This document shows positions 27,990 through 37,188 of a stretch of DNA of 64,000 nucleotides, in pieces. Location of the stretch: the NCBI GenBank assembly GCA_963667725.2, contig CAXXHO010000005.1:800001-864000 (forward strand), read 5' to 3'. The notes below the pieces were generated by a model. That model was not told the DNA's origin. It searched no databases and worked only from the letters and a program-made list of their open reading frames with translations. Made by a program: the position numbers and the translations under genes. The number at the start of each line of letters is the position of its first letter. The first letter of the stretch is position 1. This stretch comes from Treponemataceae bacterium (GTDB taxonomy: Bacteria > Spirochaetota > Spirochaetia > Treponematales > Rectinemataceae).

Positions 27990-29279
27990 TCAACCCAGAA
28001 CCGTGAGGAACTTGAGCTGGTTGCTGAAAATGACGACCAGGGTGGCAAGTGCCATTATGAAGAGCACGGGGACGATCGTCGCCTTGACGAAACCGCGGTA
28101 GTACGGCCCCTCGTAGGAAGTGACCATCACCGCCGCGCGGCCCACGACCAGGGTGGGCGGAAGCATGTCGCCTATCGGCCACATCACCGCCATCGCGGAG
28201 AGGGCGACGACGGGATTGATGCCCTTCATATTGAAAAGGAGGATGAGGGGGACGCCCAGAAGCGGCGCCGCTGCGTACTGCACCAGCCCCTCGGAGAAGG
28301 GCAGGATAAGGAAAAGAGCCGCTATGATGACGACGAGGGGAAGCGTGACAACGCTGAGCGAGATAAGCCCCCTGACCCCGCTCAGGCTCATCACCTGCAC
28401 CAGGATTCCGACCACGATCATCATGCCTATCAGCGGCAGGAGCTTGTCCACCGTATCCCGCGCGATCTGGAAGACCGCGAGCTTTTTCGTGCTCGCGGCC
28501 ACGGCGACGGCGCCGGAAATCATGAAGCAGAGGGGAAGCCCCAGGATCGGGAAGGAGTAGGGGAATATTCTCGAAAGCGCGATGAGGACGATGAGAACGG
28601 CGAAGGGCAGCCCCACCCTCCAGCCCCGCATCTTCGTATCGATCTTGATTTCGGCGAGAACCTTTTCGGCATCGATCGGCCTGCCTTTCCAGCCCAGCCA
28701 GAACATGCTGAAGAGGGCGCCGGCGATCGACAGGGCTCCGAGGGGCCCTATGAAACCGACATAGGGCATGTTCGAGCCAGCGGCCGCCATCATGGCCCAG
28801 AGGTTCACCGGCGGCGCGGCCGCGCTCATCGCGGCGCAGAGAAATACTATCGCGGTGACCTTCTGTTTCGGGATGCCCATTTCGGCGAGGACCTTCGAGG
28901 CGAGGGCTCCGACCACCAGGACCGTCACCGAGCCGGAGCCCGTGAGGGCGCCCGGGATGAGGAGGATGAAGGTGAGGAAAAGGAGGCAGAGAAAGCGGCT
29001 GGCGTGAAAGCGCTTCACGATGCCACCGACGATGAAGTCGACGCCGCCTGATTCCTTGACGATGTTCATGAAAAAGGTCGCGCTGAGAAAGATGAGCGTG
29101 ACGTCGAAATAAGTGAAGGAGCCGTCCACGATGTGCCGGGCGGAGAAATCGGAGGCGTTCGCGAGCCCTCCGCCTATGGCCGCCAGCAGCATCGACAGCT
29201 CGACCGTCACCTTGAATCGGCTCGCCACGATGAAGATGAGGACCATGACCCCCAGGACGATCAACGCGTGGTTAAGCAT
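27990..29279 (-). CDS. IT-superfamily transporter (DctM/TRAP large-permease-like)
   Basis: Many hydrophobic segments; GALTGSG and AAPPVN motifs. Confidence 0.78.
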   Translation of the reverse strand: MLNHALIVLGVMVLIFIVASRFKVTVELSMLLAAIGGGLANASDFSARHIVDGSFTYFDVTLIFLSATFFMNIVKESGGVDFIVGGIVKRFHASRFLCLLFLTFILLIPGALTGSGSVTVLVVGALASKVLAEMGIPKQKVTAIVFLCAAMSAAAPPVNLWAMMAAAGSNMPYVGFIGPLGALSIAGALFSMFWLGWKGRPIDAEKVLAEIKIDTKMRGWRVGLPFAVLIVLIALSRIFPYSFPILGLPLCFMISGAVAVAASTKKLAVFQIARDTVDKLLPLIGMMIVVGILVQVMSLSGVRGLISLSVVTLPLVVIIAALFLILPFSEGLVQYAAAPLLGVPLILLFNMKGINPVVALSAMAVMWPIGDMLPPTLVVGRAAVMVTSYEGPYYRGFVKATIVPVLFIMALATLVVIFSNQLKFLTVLG

Positions 29280-29324
29280 CGGAGCCTCCTTGAGCGCGAA
29301 ATCGCAGGCTTGTCCGAGCCGCCG

Positions 29325-29915
29325 TCATTTGGAGAAAATCTGCGGGAAAATCTTCAAAAGGTCCAGCTGCTGGTCGATGAAGATCTGCGGCAGCTTCTTG
29401 TCAGCCGCCGTCTTCGTGAAGTAACCGTCCTTGTTGGCCTGGTTGTGGGTGACGAGAACATCGGCGAGCGGCGTCATCGCTCGGATGGACTGCTCGTCGG
29501 ATTCATCGACCCGCCTCGAGGCTCCCTCTATCTGGGCCACGATTACCTTTACGCCGGCACTCTTCGCTTTTTTCACGAGGTCGGTACAGCGCTTGATTTC
29601 CTCGCTCAGCTCGACGCCCGCCGATCCCATTCCCTTGAGGCTCGTTCCCGTTATCACGATGAGAGTCTTGTAGGGTTTCGCGCCAAGCTCTTCCGACGTC
29701 GCCAAATCCTCCAGATCAGCCTCCAGCTTGAGCTGGCGGCAGATGACTTTCACGTAGACCCCGCCCGGGCTCTGTCCGCATGCGGTGATCAGGATCGGAG
29801 CCTTCAATTCGGGCAGATTCTTGGGAATCGCGGCCTGGGCTCCTACCGCGGCGCCGCAGATCAGCCCGAACATGATGAGAGCGGACGCGAGGAAAGCGAA
29901 ACGAGTAGTGCGCAT
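29325..29915 (-). CDS. Exported protein, DUF6305-like
   Basis: Signal peptide; ITACGQS and GTSLKGMGSAG motifs recalled for this family (not searched). Confidence 0.6.
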   Translation of the reverse strand: MRTTRFAFLASALIMFGLICGAAVGAQAAIPKNLPELKAPILITACGQSPGGVYVKVICRQLKLEADLEDLATSEELGAKPYKTLIVITGTSLKGMGSAGVELSEEIKRCTDLVKKAKSAGVKVIVAQIEGASRRVDESDEQSIRAMTPLADVLVTHNQANKDGYFTKTAADKKLPQIFIDQQLDLLKIFPQIFSK

Positions 29916-30040
29916 ATGGTGAGTGACCTCCTGTCAGCGCCCGGGAAGGGTGACATTCACGTCGCCCCCTCCCGAACGAATGTGGCCGGGGATCGGGCGG
30001 AACCGCCTCCAGGCAGTCCCGCCGGATCCAGAACAGCCGC

Positions 30041-31702
30041 CTATTTCTCGTCTGGATAGATGATGTTCTTGTACTTGTCGAATTTGGCCGATTCGCCGTA
30101 CTTCACGGCCGCCAGCCACTCGTCGGGATAGCCCTTCGTCTTGTACCAGAGATAGCCGTCGTTGTACTTCGCCACAAGCTCATCGGCGAAGGCCCACCAC
30201 TCGCTCACGACGCGGTTGATCGAATCGCCCGTATAGCGCGTGAGATAGGCTTTCGCGAGGGCCGGATTGGTCGCGTACATCGCCGCGGCGGCGGCCTCGA
30301 CGGGACCCTGCATGGCCAGGAATTCGCCCTCATAGAGCGCCTGTTTGGCCTGGATGTCCTTGATGATGTAGGAATAGGAAAGGTTGGCCCAGTTTTCCAC
30401 GAAGTCGAAAGCCCACCACGCCGAATCGCGGCTGAACTGGTAGCGGTTCTGTATGGCCAGGGATTTGGGAAGCGAGGTCACGCCGGCGTAGATCGGCATG
30501 AACACCGTCGCGTGGGGAGCATCCTCCCCGAACCACAGCACGCCGCCGACGGCGTCCGGCAGCCAGGCGCGGGACTGGGACACGAACACATAGGAGCAGC
30601 GGAACATGGAAATCGCGCGTTCCCATCCGCCCGAGTTCGGCGCGGATTTGGTCGCCCAGCGGTTCGGGTTCCCGAAGGGGCCGGCCTCGACGTCCTTGGT
30701 GAGGTCGAACTGCGTGCCTTCGTAGTGGTCGCGGTAGAGGGCGAAGGCGTCCTTGACGCTGACTTTCTTGTCGGGGGTCACGGCGAAGGGGAATCGCCTG
30801 GCGAAAGGATCGAAGTTCTTGGAGGGCGCTACCGTCGAATAGACGCGCCACTCGCGCCTCGAGTTGTAGGGATTGTCCTTCGGCGCGTAGACTTCCCAGA
30901 AGCGGAAAGTGGATTTGCCGTCCCAAAAACCCATTTCCTGGGCCAGGCTGTAGACGTTCGGGGAAGCCATGTACCAGTCGGGCTTGGAGAGATCGAGCTC
31001 GCCGATGCGCGAGCGGTTCGCGGAGACGAATACCTTGTCGTCCGGAACGCGCTGGGCTACCCACACGGCTCCCGGCTTCCCGGAATCCGGGGTCCAGAGC
31101 GGTCCTGAGCCGATGCACTCGAATACCCAGCCTTCGTTCTCGTCGGTCACTGTCAGGCATTCGCCGCCGTCGGCATAGCCGTACTTCTCGGCGAGGGCGC
31201 CCATGATCTGCACCACTTCCCGCGCCGTCTTGCCGCGCTGGAGGGCGATCGCCTCGAGCTGTTCTATGTAGAACATCCCGTTGGGGTTGTTCATTTCCCT
31301 GCGGTTGCCGATGGTGGTTTCGCCGATCATGACCTGGAACTCGTTCATGAAGGGATAGGCGATCTGGAAATAGGTGTAGGTTTTCTCGACCTGGGGAATC
31401 TCGCCCCTGACCGTCACCTTGACGCTCGGGTTGTCCGAATAGAGCAGATCCTTCAGGATCTTGACCGTCTCGCCGGGCTTGAAGGTGGCTCCGGGAATGA
31501 CGGTAAGGCGGGAATCGTAGTTGCCGTCGCAGGTGTGCGAGGTCATCACCGATCCGTCGGCGGAGGCCAACTTGCCGATGATGAGCGCCGTGCATTCGCC
31601 CGGTTCAAGATCAGGCGAAGCGTACTGGGAAAAATCCTGGGCGCCGGCGAACAAAGCCGCGAATACCAGGACAGCCGCCAAGAGCGCTGTTTTCTTCAAC
31701 AT
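30041..31702 (-). CDS. Exported C69-family dipeptidase (Ntn hydrolase)
   Basis: Signal peptide, then ECTALIIGKLASADGS (Cys nucleophile); MNEFQVMIGETT, GPFGNPNRW. Confidence 0.88.
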   Translation of the reverse strand: MLKKTALLAAVLVFAALFAGAQDFSQYASPDLEPGECTALIIGKLASADGSVMTSHTCDGNYDSRLTVIPGATFKPGETVKILKDLLYSDNPSVKVTVRGEIPQVEKTYTYFQIAYPFMNEFQVMIGETTIGNRREMNNPNGMFYIEQLEAIALQRGKTAREVVQIMGALAEKYGYADGGECLTVTDENEGWVFECIGSGPLWTPDSGKPGAVWVAQRVPDDKVFVSANRSRIGELDLSKPDWYMASPNVYSLAQEMGFWDGKSTFRFWEVYAPKDNPYNSRREWRVYSTVAPSKNFDPFARRFPFAVTPDKKVSVKDAFALYRDHYEGTQFDLTKDVEAGPFGNPNRWATKSAPNSGGWERAISMFRCSYVFVSQSRAWLPDAVGGVLWFGEDAPHATVFMPIYAGVTSLPKSLAIQNRYQFSRDSAWWAFDFVENWANLSYSYIIKDIQAKQALYEGEFLAMQGPVEAAAAAMYATNPALAKAYLTRYTGDSINRVVSEWWAFADELVAKYNDGYLWYKTKGYPDEWLAAVKYGESAKFDKYKNIIYPDEK

Positions 31703-31755
31703 AGCAAATCCCCCTTTTCTTTCAATGTGCGTCTGCACTTCGAACTACGGCATTT

Positions 31756-31771
31756 AGCATGCGCCCCGCCA
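31756..31771 (-). promoter_or_regulatory. Possible sigma54 (-24/-12) promoter
   Basis: TGGCGGGGCGCATGCT: GG-N10-GC spacing, AT-rich tract upstream. Confidence 0.35.
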
Positions 31772-32194
31772 TGGATTCAAAAATTTCAGGCGGAGAAGAT
31801 AGAACGATCCAATCCAAATCAATTCTTTTTTATTTTATTCAATCTTAGTGCCTGCGTTCGCGCTGTCAAGGAATATATGACCATGTTTGAAATGTTATTT
31901 TTTGGATTTTTGCCGAGGTTTCACCGCGCTCGCATCGATCGCTTTTTTATAGCACGGAAAGCAAGCAAGACCGGCGGCGAGGCCTTGAAGGCGACCACTG
32001 AAAAACGCGGCATCAAAATAAGAAATGAAGCATGATTCCATTATTATTTATTTATATTATATAAAGTTATGCATATTGATCCTTAAGAAGACCAATACTC
32101 ATGCTCATTCTTCATGTCTTTCGCGGCGGTCCCTGCCCGTCATTCATAAGCACAGGCTTCGGCGGCGGCGCTGAAACATTCATCAAGGTCTCTT

Positions 32195-33397
32195 TCACCC
32201 AGCGGACAAGCCGGCAAGGTAGTTCAGCGCGAACCCGGCGAGAAGCGCGGCGCCGCGAGCAAGCTGGTCGTCGCCCGCGTTGAAATGGGGCGAGTGATGT
32301 GGCTTGTCGGTTCCCTTGGAGGGATCGTTGATGCCCAGCATGCCGAACACGGCGGGTATTTTTTCGCCGTAATAGCTGAAATCCTCCGAGCCCATGGCGA
32401 TGGGGATTTCTTTCGTGTTTTCTTTACCCAGCAGATCGGTGGCCGTGCGCAGCATCAAATCCGTCAACGCGGGATCATTCACCGTCACCCCATAAATCTG
32501 CGTGTAGGTAAGGGTGGATGCGCATCGAAGGGCATCCGAGACGCCTTTGATGACTCTCGCCATGCGCGATTCCATCTCGGAGCGCGTGGTCCTGTCGGTA
32601 GTCCTGACGTTGCCGGTGATGAGCGCCGTATCGGGTATGATATTGGGCGCGCTTCCCGTTTCTATCTTGCCCACGCTCAGCACGACGCTTTCCAGGGGAT
32701 TGATCTCCCGGCTCACGATCGTCTGGAGCATGGAAATGATGTAACTCGCGGCTATCGTGGGGTCGATGGCCTTGTGGGGCATGGCCCCATGGCCTCCCTG
32801 ACCTTGGATCGAGACTTCCCAAATGTCGGCAGAAGCCATTATCGGGCCATTTTTTATTGCCAGGACACCGGCCGGGTGCTCGGACATCACGTGCAGTCCG
32901 GCGATCGCGCTCACCCCTTCCAGGACTCCTTCCTCTATGAGCTTTAGAGCGCCGGAGTTTCGCCCCGTTTCCTCGGCGGGCTGAAAAATAAGGCGGACCC
33001 GGCCGGAGAAGCTATCCTTCATGGCCATCAGTATCCGCGCGGCCCCGATCAATATCGCGGCGTGGGCATCGTGCCCGCAGGCGTGCATCACGCCTCCGAC
33101 AGTGGACGCGTAAGGGACATCGTTCGCCTCGACTATCGGCAAGGCATCGATATCGGCCCTGAGCGCGACACAGGGGCCTTCCCCGACGCCCGCTATTTCG
33201 GCGATCACGCCGGATCCCGTACCGGCAAAACCTCTCTTGATGTTTTCGCAGCCGAGTTCCCTCAGCAGCGATTCTATTTTCTTGGAGGTTTCGATCTCCT
33301 TCCACCCGAGCTCGGGACGAGCGTGTATCTCATGCCTCAAGGCGATCAAGTCTTTCTCGATTCCCCTGGATAGGTCAAGTATTCTTTCTGAATTCAT
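32195..33397 (-). CDS. M20D amidohydrolase
   Basis: LRADIDALP, MHACGHDAH, FQPAEE, GGHGAMPH, GSEDF. Confidence 0.93.
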   Translation of the reverse strand: MNSERILDLSRGIEKDLIALRHEIHARPELGWKEIETSKKIESLLRELGCENIKRGFAGTGSGVIAEIAGVGEGPCVALRADIDALPIVEANDVPYASTVGGVMHACGHDAHAAILIGAARILMAMKDSFSGRVRLIFQPAEETGRNSGALKLIEEGVLEGVSAIAGLHVMSEHPAGVLAIKNGPIMASADIWEVSIQGQGGHGAMPHKAIDPTIAASYIISMLQTIVSREINPLESVVLSVGKIETGSAPNIIPDTALITGNVRTTDRTTRSEMESRMARVIKGVSDALRCASTLTYTQIYGVTVNDPALTDLMLRTATDLLGKENTKEIPIAMGSEDFSYYGEKIPAVFGMLGINDPSKGTDKPHHSPHFNAGDDQLARGAALLAGFALNYLAGLSAG

Positions 33398-33415
33398 TCG
33401 GTGCGTCCTTCTCGA

Positions 33416-34594
33416 TCAGAACATTTTCACGATAAAGCCAGCCAGTATCACCGAAGCTACGGTCACCGTGGTAAATCCCGCGATAAGCATTTTGGGCAGA
33501 ATGCGCTTCAGGAGAAACTGCTTCTCGCTTTCATTTTGGGAGAGCGAGGCCGCGACTTCCTGGGAAATGATATAGGTTCCGGGGAACCCGAAAAGACAGG
33601 TGGAGCCGATGGCAAGGCTCAGTTCCCAAGAATATCCCAGGAGCTTGCTGAAGAGCAGAGCAACGGCGATCATACCGATCAGGGAAATCACGAAGGCGAG
33701 AAGCATGGGAAGCAATAGAGACACGACGAGCTCCGGCGTGGCTTTGGAAAGGCTTATGAATATAGGGACGAGGAGGAAAAACATGGCGAGTCCGGCGGAA
33801 TTGGCCTTGTCCAGTACCTTGAATTCGATGAAGCCTATCTCATACGCGATGATGCCGAAAAAGAGGGCGACGATATAGGGATGAATGACGTTCCCTATGA
33901 GGCCGGCGGCGCCCACGGCCAGCCACGCGACCAAGAGCGTCTTGGCGAGGAGGATAAAGGGCGTCTGCAGACCCTTGGGCAGCGGCGGAATCAGCCGCCA
34001 GGATGGAACCTCCGGATCGGAAGCATTCTTGGCTGAGTCTTTTTCCGCCAATCCTCCCGACCTGAAACCGGCGATAAGCCTTTTCCCTTCTCGTTTGAGG
34101 CAAAACGACGCGATCGGCAGGCCTATAAAGCTTTGGAGGACCAGGAGAAGCGTGGCGAACACCATGAGCGTCTCCTGCCCCTTGGCTTTCGCCGCTTCGC
34201 TGACGATGAGCGTCGCGACGACGCCGCCTGAAATTGGCCCGATGGCGGTAAGAGCCCGTTCCTGCCCGATGAGAGGAGTTCCGATGAAATAAAGCGTGAC
34301 GGAAAGGGCGATGAGGGCCGAGATGGCCACGAGCACGGTTCTCCACTCATCCTTCAGGTCTTTGATCTTCATCAGGCTGCCCATATAGACCATGAGCATC
34401 GAGATGAGGGCCATCGCCACGGGAGCTATCTTGGAATCATCGAAGAGCGTCTTGGGGATGCCGACCCAGAAACCGACCAAAAAAAGAAGGCCCGAGGCGA
34501 ACATCATGGAAAAGAGGGCTTTCGTCTTGTGCGAAACATAGTCCCCGATCGCGTAGATGACGGCGATGATCAGGATAGCGGTAAGCGCTGGCAT
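33416..34594 (-). CDS. Polytopic membrane protein, probable amino-acid/peptide transporter
   Basis: Many TM segments, GPISGGVVA; GGAGG RBS; directly upstream of the amidohydrolase. Confidence 0.65.
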   Translation of the reverse strand: MPALTAILIIAVIYAIGDYVSHKTKALFSMMFASGLLFLVGFWVGIPKTLFDDSKIAPVAMALISMLMVYMGSLMKIKDLKDEWRTVLVAISALIALSVTLYFIGTPLIGQERALTAIGPISGGVVATLIVSEAAKAKGQETLMVFATLLLVLQSFIGLPIASFCLKREGKRLIAGFRSGGLAEKDSAKNASDPEVPSWRLIPPLPKGLQTPFILLAKTLLVAWLAVGAAGLIGNVIHPYIVALFFGIIAYEIGFIEFKVLDKANSAGLAMFFLLVPIFISLSKATPELVVSLLLPMLLAFVISLIGMIAVALLFSKLLGYSWELSLAIGSTCLFGFPGTYIISQEVAASLSQNESEKQFLLKRILPKMLIAGFTTVTVASVILAGFIVKMF

Positions 34595-34837
34595 AAGAAC
34601 CTCCCGTAGACCGTTGCGATAAAGTCACGCTGCACGGAAAATGGATCCAACCAATCCTATGTTTCTATGCATCGATACATTCAAGCCTAGGCGGTTCGCG
34701 ATGTCAAGCTGAATTTTTCGATCTTTCGATAAAAATTGTCAGTATTTATGCCGCAAAAGCACCTACCGCCCTCGTCGACGAATTCCATATTGGCAGCGTA
34801 CCATACTGCGGTTATAGTAGCCTCAAGAGGAATACGC

Positions 34838-35878
34838 ATGAAAGCCGCCATTTTCGACCAGTTCCGCGCTCCGATCGCCATCGCCGAAGTGCCCGACCCC
34901 CAGGTTCCCGAGGACGGCGTCGTCCTGGCCGTGGACGCCACAGGCATCTGCAGGAGCGACTGGCACGGCTGGCAGGGCCACGACACGGACATCAGGTTGC
35001 CCCACGTTCCGGGACACGAGCTCGCGGGCACCATCGTCGAGGTGGGCAAGGGCATCAAGAACTGGAAGCGCGGCGAGCGGGTCACCATGCCCTTCGTGGC
35101 AGGCTGCGGGCACTGCGCCCCCTGCCAGTCAGGCAACCAGCAGGTCTGCGACCACCAGTTCCAGCCCGGCTTCACGCATTGGGGATCCTTCGCCCAGTTC
35201 GTCGCCATCCACTACGCGGACATGAACCTCGTCCGCCTCCCGGACAGCATGGATTCGGTGTCCGCGGCGAGCCTCGGTTGCCGTTTCGCCACCGCCTTCA
35301 GGGCCCTGGAAGCCCAGGCCAGGGTGCGCGCGGGCGACTGGGTCGCCATCCACGGCTGCGGCGGCGTCGGTCTCTCCGCCGTCATGATCGCCAAGGCCAT
35401 GGGCGCCAGAGTCGTCGCGGTGGACATCCAGGAGGACAAGCTGGACATGGCGAGGCAGCTCGGCGCCGACGTGGCCATCGACAGTCGCGCCACCCCTGAC
35501 ATCGTCGGCGCCATCAAGGACGCCACAGGCGGCGGCGCCCAGGTTTCCATGGACGCCCTCGGCAGCCTCAGCACCTGCTTCAACTCGGTGGCCTGCCTCG
35601 CCAAACGGGGGCGGCACGTGCAGGTAGGCCTCATGCTGGGCGACCAGCACCATCCCGCGATCCCCATGGATCTCGTCGTCGCCCGGGAACTCGAAATCTA
35701 CGGAAGCCACGGCATCCAGGCCCACCGCTACGACGTCCTCCTTGGCATGGTCGCCTCAGGCACCCTCCGCCCCGAACTCCTCGTCACCGACCGCTACACC
35801 CTGGCCGAAGGCATCGACTTCCTCCAGAAGATGGATCAGTTCCCGGGCATGGGGATCAGGGTGATCGACAGGATATAG
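34838..35878 (+). CDS. Zinc-dependent alcohol dehydrogenase family protein
   Basis: GICRSDWH, GHE, structural Zn motif CGHCAPC..C, GCGGVG. Confidence 0.93.
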   Translation: MKAAIFDQFRAPIAIAEVPDPQVPEDGVVLAVDATGICRSDWHGWQGHDTDIRLPHVPGHELAGTIVEVGKGIKNWKRGERVTMPFVAGCGHCAPCQSGNQQVCDHQFQPGFTHWGSFAQFVAIHYADMNLVRLPDSMDSVSAASLGCRFATAFRALEAQARVRAGDWVAIHGCGGVGLSAVMIAKAMGARVVAVDIQEDKLDMARQLGADVAIDSRATPDIVGAIKDATGGGAQVSMDALGSLSTCFNSVACLAKRGRHVQVGLMLGDQHHPAIPMDLVVARELEIYGSHGIQAHRYDVLLGMVASGTLRPELLVTDRYTLAEGIDFLQKMDQFPGMGIRVIDRI

Positions 35879-35947
35879 GTAAAGACTGGAATTCATACGG
35901 TATCGCGGTTTTTCAAGAACCAAAAAGGAGTCCATTCCCGATTGGTC

Positions 35948-35975
35948 TTGACTTTTCGGGAATACGCTCCATAAT
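35948..35975 (+). promoter_or_regulatory. Sigma70 promoter, likely giving a leaderless transcript
   Basis: TTGACT-16 nt-CATAAT ending 6 nt before the ATG at 35982; no Shine-Dalgarno. Confidence 0.5.
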
Positions 35976-35981
35976 AGTCAT

Positions 35982-37109
35982 ATGGAACGAAGCATCGCGC
36001 CATTTATCCTAAAAGATCTGCAAAAGAAAATCGTACTCGTTTCGGGACCTCGCCAGGTCGGTAAAACCACGTTGGCCAAGAACCTCATGAAAGAGTATGA
36101 CTACTTCAATTTTGACAACAGCGAACATCGTCTCGCGCTGAACGAGAAAAGCTGGGACAGGCGAAAACCCCTGGTGATTTTTGACGAGCTTCACAAGATG
36201 CCGGAATGGAAGACGTATCTCAAGGGGATTTTTGACGTTGAAGGAACAAAGCCCGCTCTCCTGGTGACAGGAAGCGCAAAACTTGACGCGTTCAAAAAGC
36301 TTGGGGATTCCCTTGCTGGTCGCTTTTTTTCCTATCGCCTCCACCCCTTTGATGTCAAAGAGGCATCCTCGCTCATAGAACCGGAAGAAGCCTTGACTCG
36401 CTTGCTCAAAATGGGAGGTTTTCCCGAGCCATTTCTGGAGAATGATCCTGTTTTCTATGCTCGTTGGAAGAAATCTCATATCGATGTCATCCTGCGACAG
36501 GATTTGTTCGACCTTGCGGCGATTCAGGATATTCTTTCCGTAGAGACCTTGATAGAAATGTTGCGAAGTCGAGTCGGATCGCCAATTTCATATGCTAATC
36601 TCGCTCAAGACCTGAAGAAAGATCCTAAGACGGTAAAGTCATATCTCGAGTTGCTGGAAAGTCTCTATATCATATTTCCGGTACGCCCATGGCATCGAAA
36701 CATCGCTCGCTCAATTCTAAAGGAGCCGAAATATTATTTTTTCGATACCGCTATGGTAAAAGGCGATGACGGAAAAAAGCTTGAAAACGCTGTCGCCTGC
36801 ATCCTTAAAAAGCAGTTGCATTACATGGAAGACACGCGTGGTGTCTCCACTGAATTATGCTATCTTAAGACGAAAAACGGGAATGAATTGGATTTTGTTG
36901 TGTCGCAGGATGGCGAATTGACTCACGCTTATGAAATAAAGTTATCGGATTCATCACGTTCGCCATCGTTTTCCCATTTTGAGGCTACGCTCGCCAAAAC
37001 GCACAGGATACAGATCGTCATGAATTGCGAACGCGAGAAGACTTTCCCGGACGGTCTTGAAATCCGAAAGGCCGCCGCCTATCTGGCCACGATCGATGTG
37101 AGCAGATGA
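35982..37109 (+). CDS. AAA+ ATPase with DUF4143-type C-terminus
   Basis: GPRQVGKTT, IFDE, LVTGS, SLAGR, PKYYFFD, ELDFV...YEIK. Confidence 0.88.
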   Translation: MERSIAPFILKDLQKKIVLVSGPRQVGKTTLAKNLMKEYDYFNFDNSEHRLALNEKSWDRRKPLVIFDELHKMPEWKTYLKGIFDVEGTKPALLVTGSAKLDAFKKLGDSLAGRFFSYRLHPFDVKEASSLIEPEEALTRLLKMGGFPEPFLENDPVFYARWKKSHIDVILRQDLFDLAAIQDILSVETLIEMLRSRVGSPISYANLAQDLKKDPKTVKSYLELLESLYIIFPVRPWHRNIARSILKEPKYYFFDTAMVKGDDGKKLENAVACILKKQLHYMEDTRGVSTELCYLKTKNGNELDFVVSQDGELTHAYEIKLSDSSRSPSFSHFEATLAKTHRIQIVMNCEREKTFPDGLEIRKAAAYLATIDVSR

Positions 37110-37136
37110 GAACGATGAAAGATTCCCTCTCACCGC

Positions 37137-37171
37137 GAAAGGCCGCCCGGAATGACGCCCAGGCGGCTTTC
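37137..37171. terminator. Hairpin terminator between convergent genes
   Basis: GAAAGGCCGCC...GGCGGCTTTC imperfect stem. Confidence 0.55.
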
Positions 37172-37188
37172 AGCATTTTTTGAAATTT

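Noticed and set aside
26796..29051. 751-aa plus-strand ORF
   Set aside because: Antisense shadow of three well-supported minus-strand genes in GC-rich DNA; no recognisable motifs
30330..31595. 421-aa Arg-rich ORF on the same strand as the C69 peptidase
   Set aside because: Alternative frame produced by GC-biased codons; no independent support
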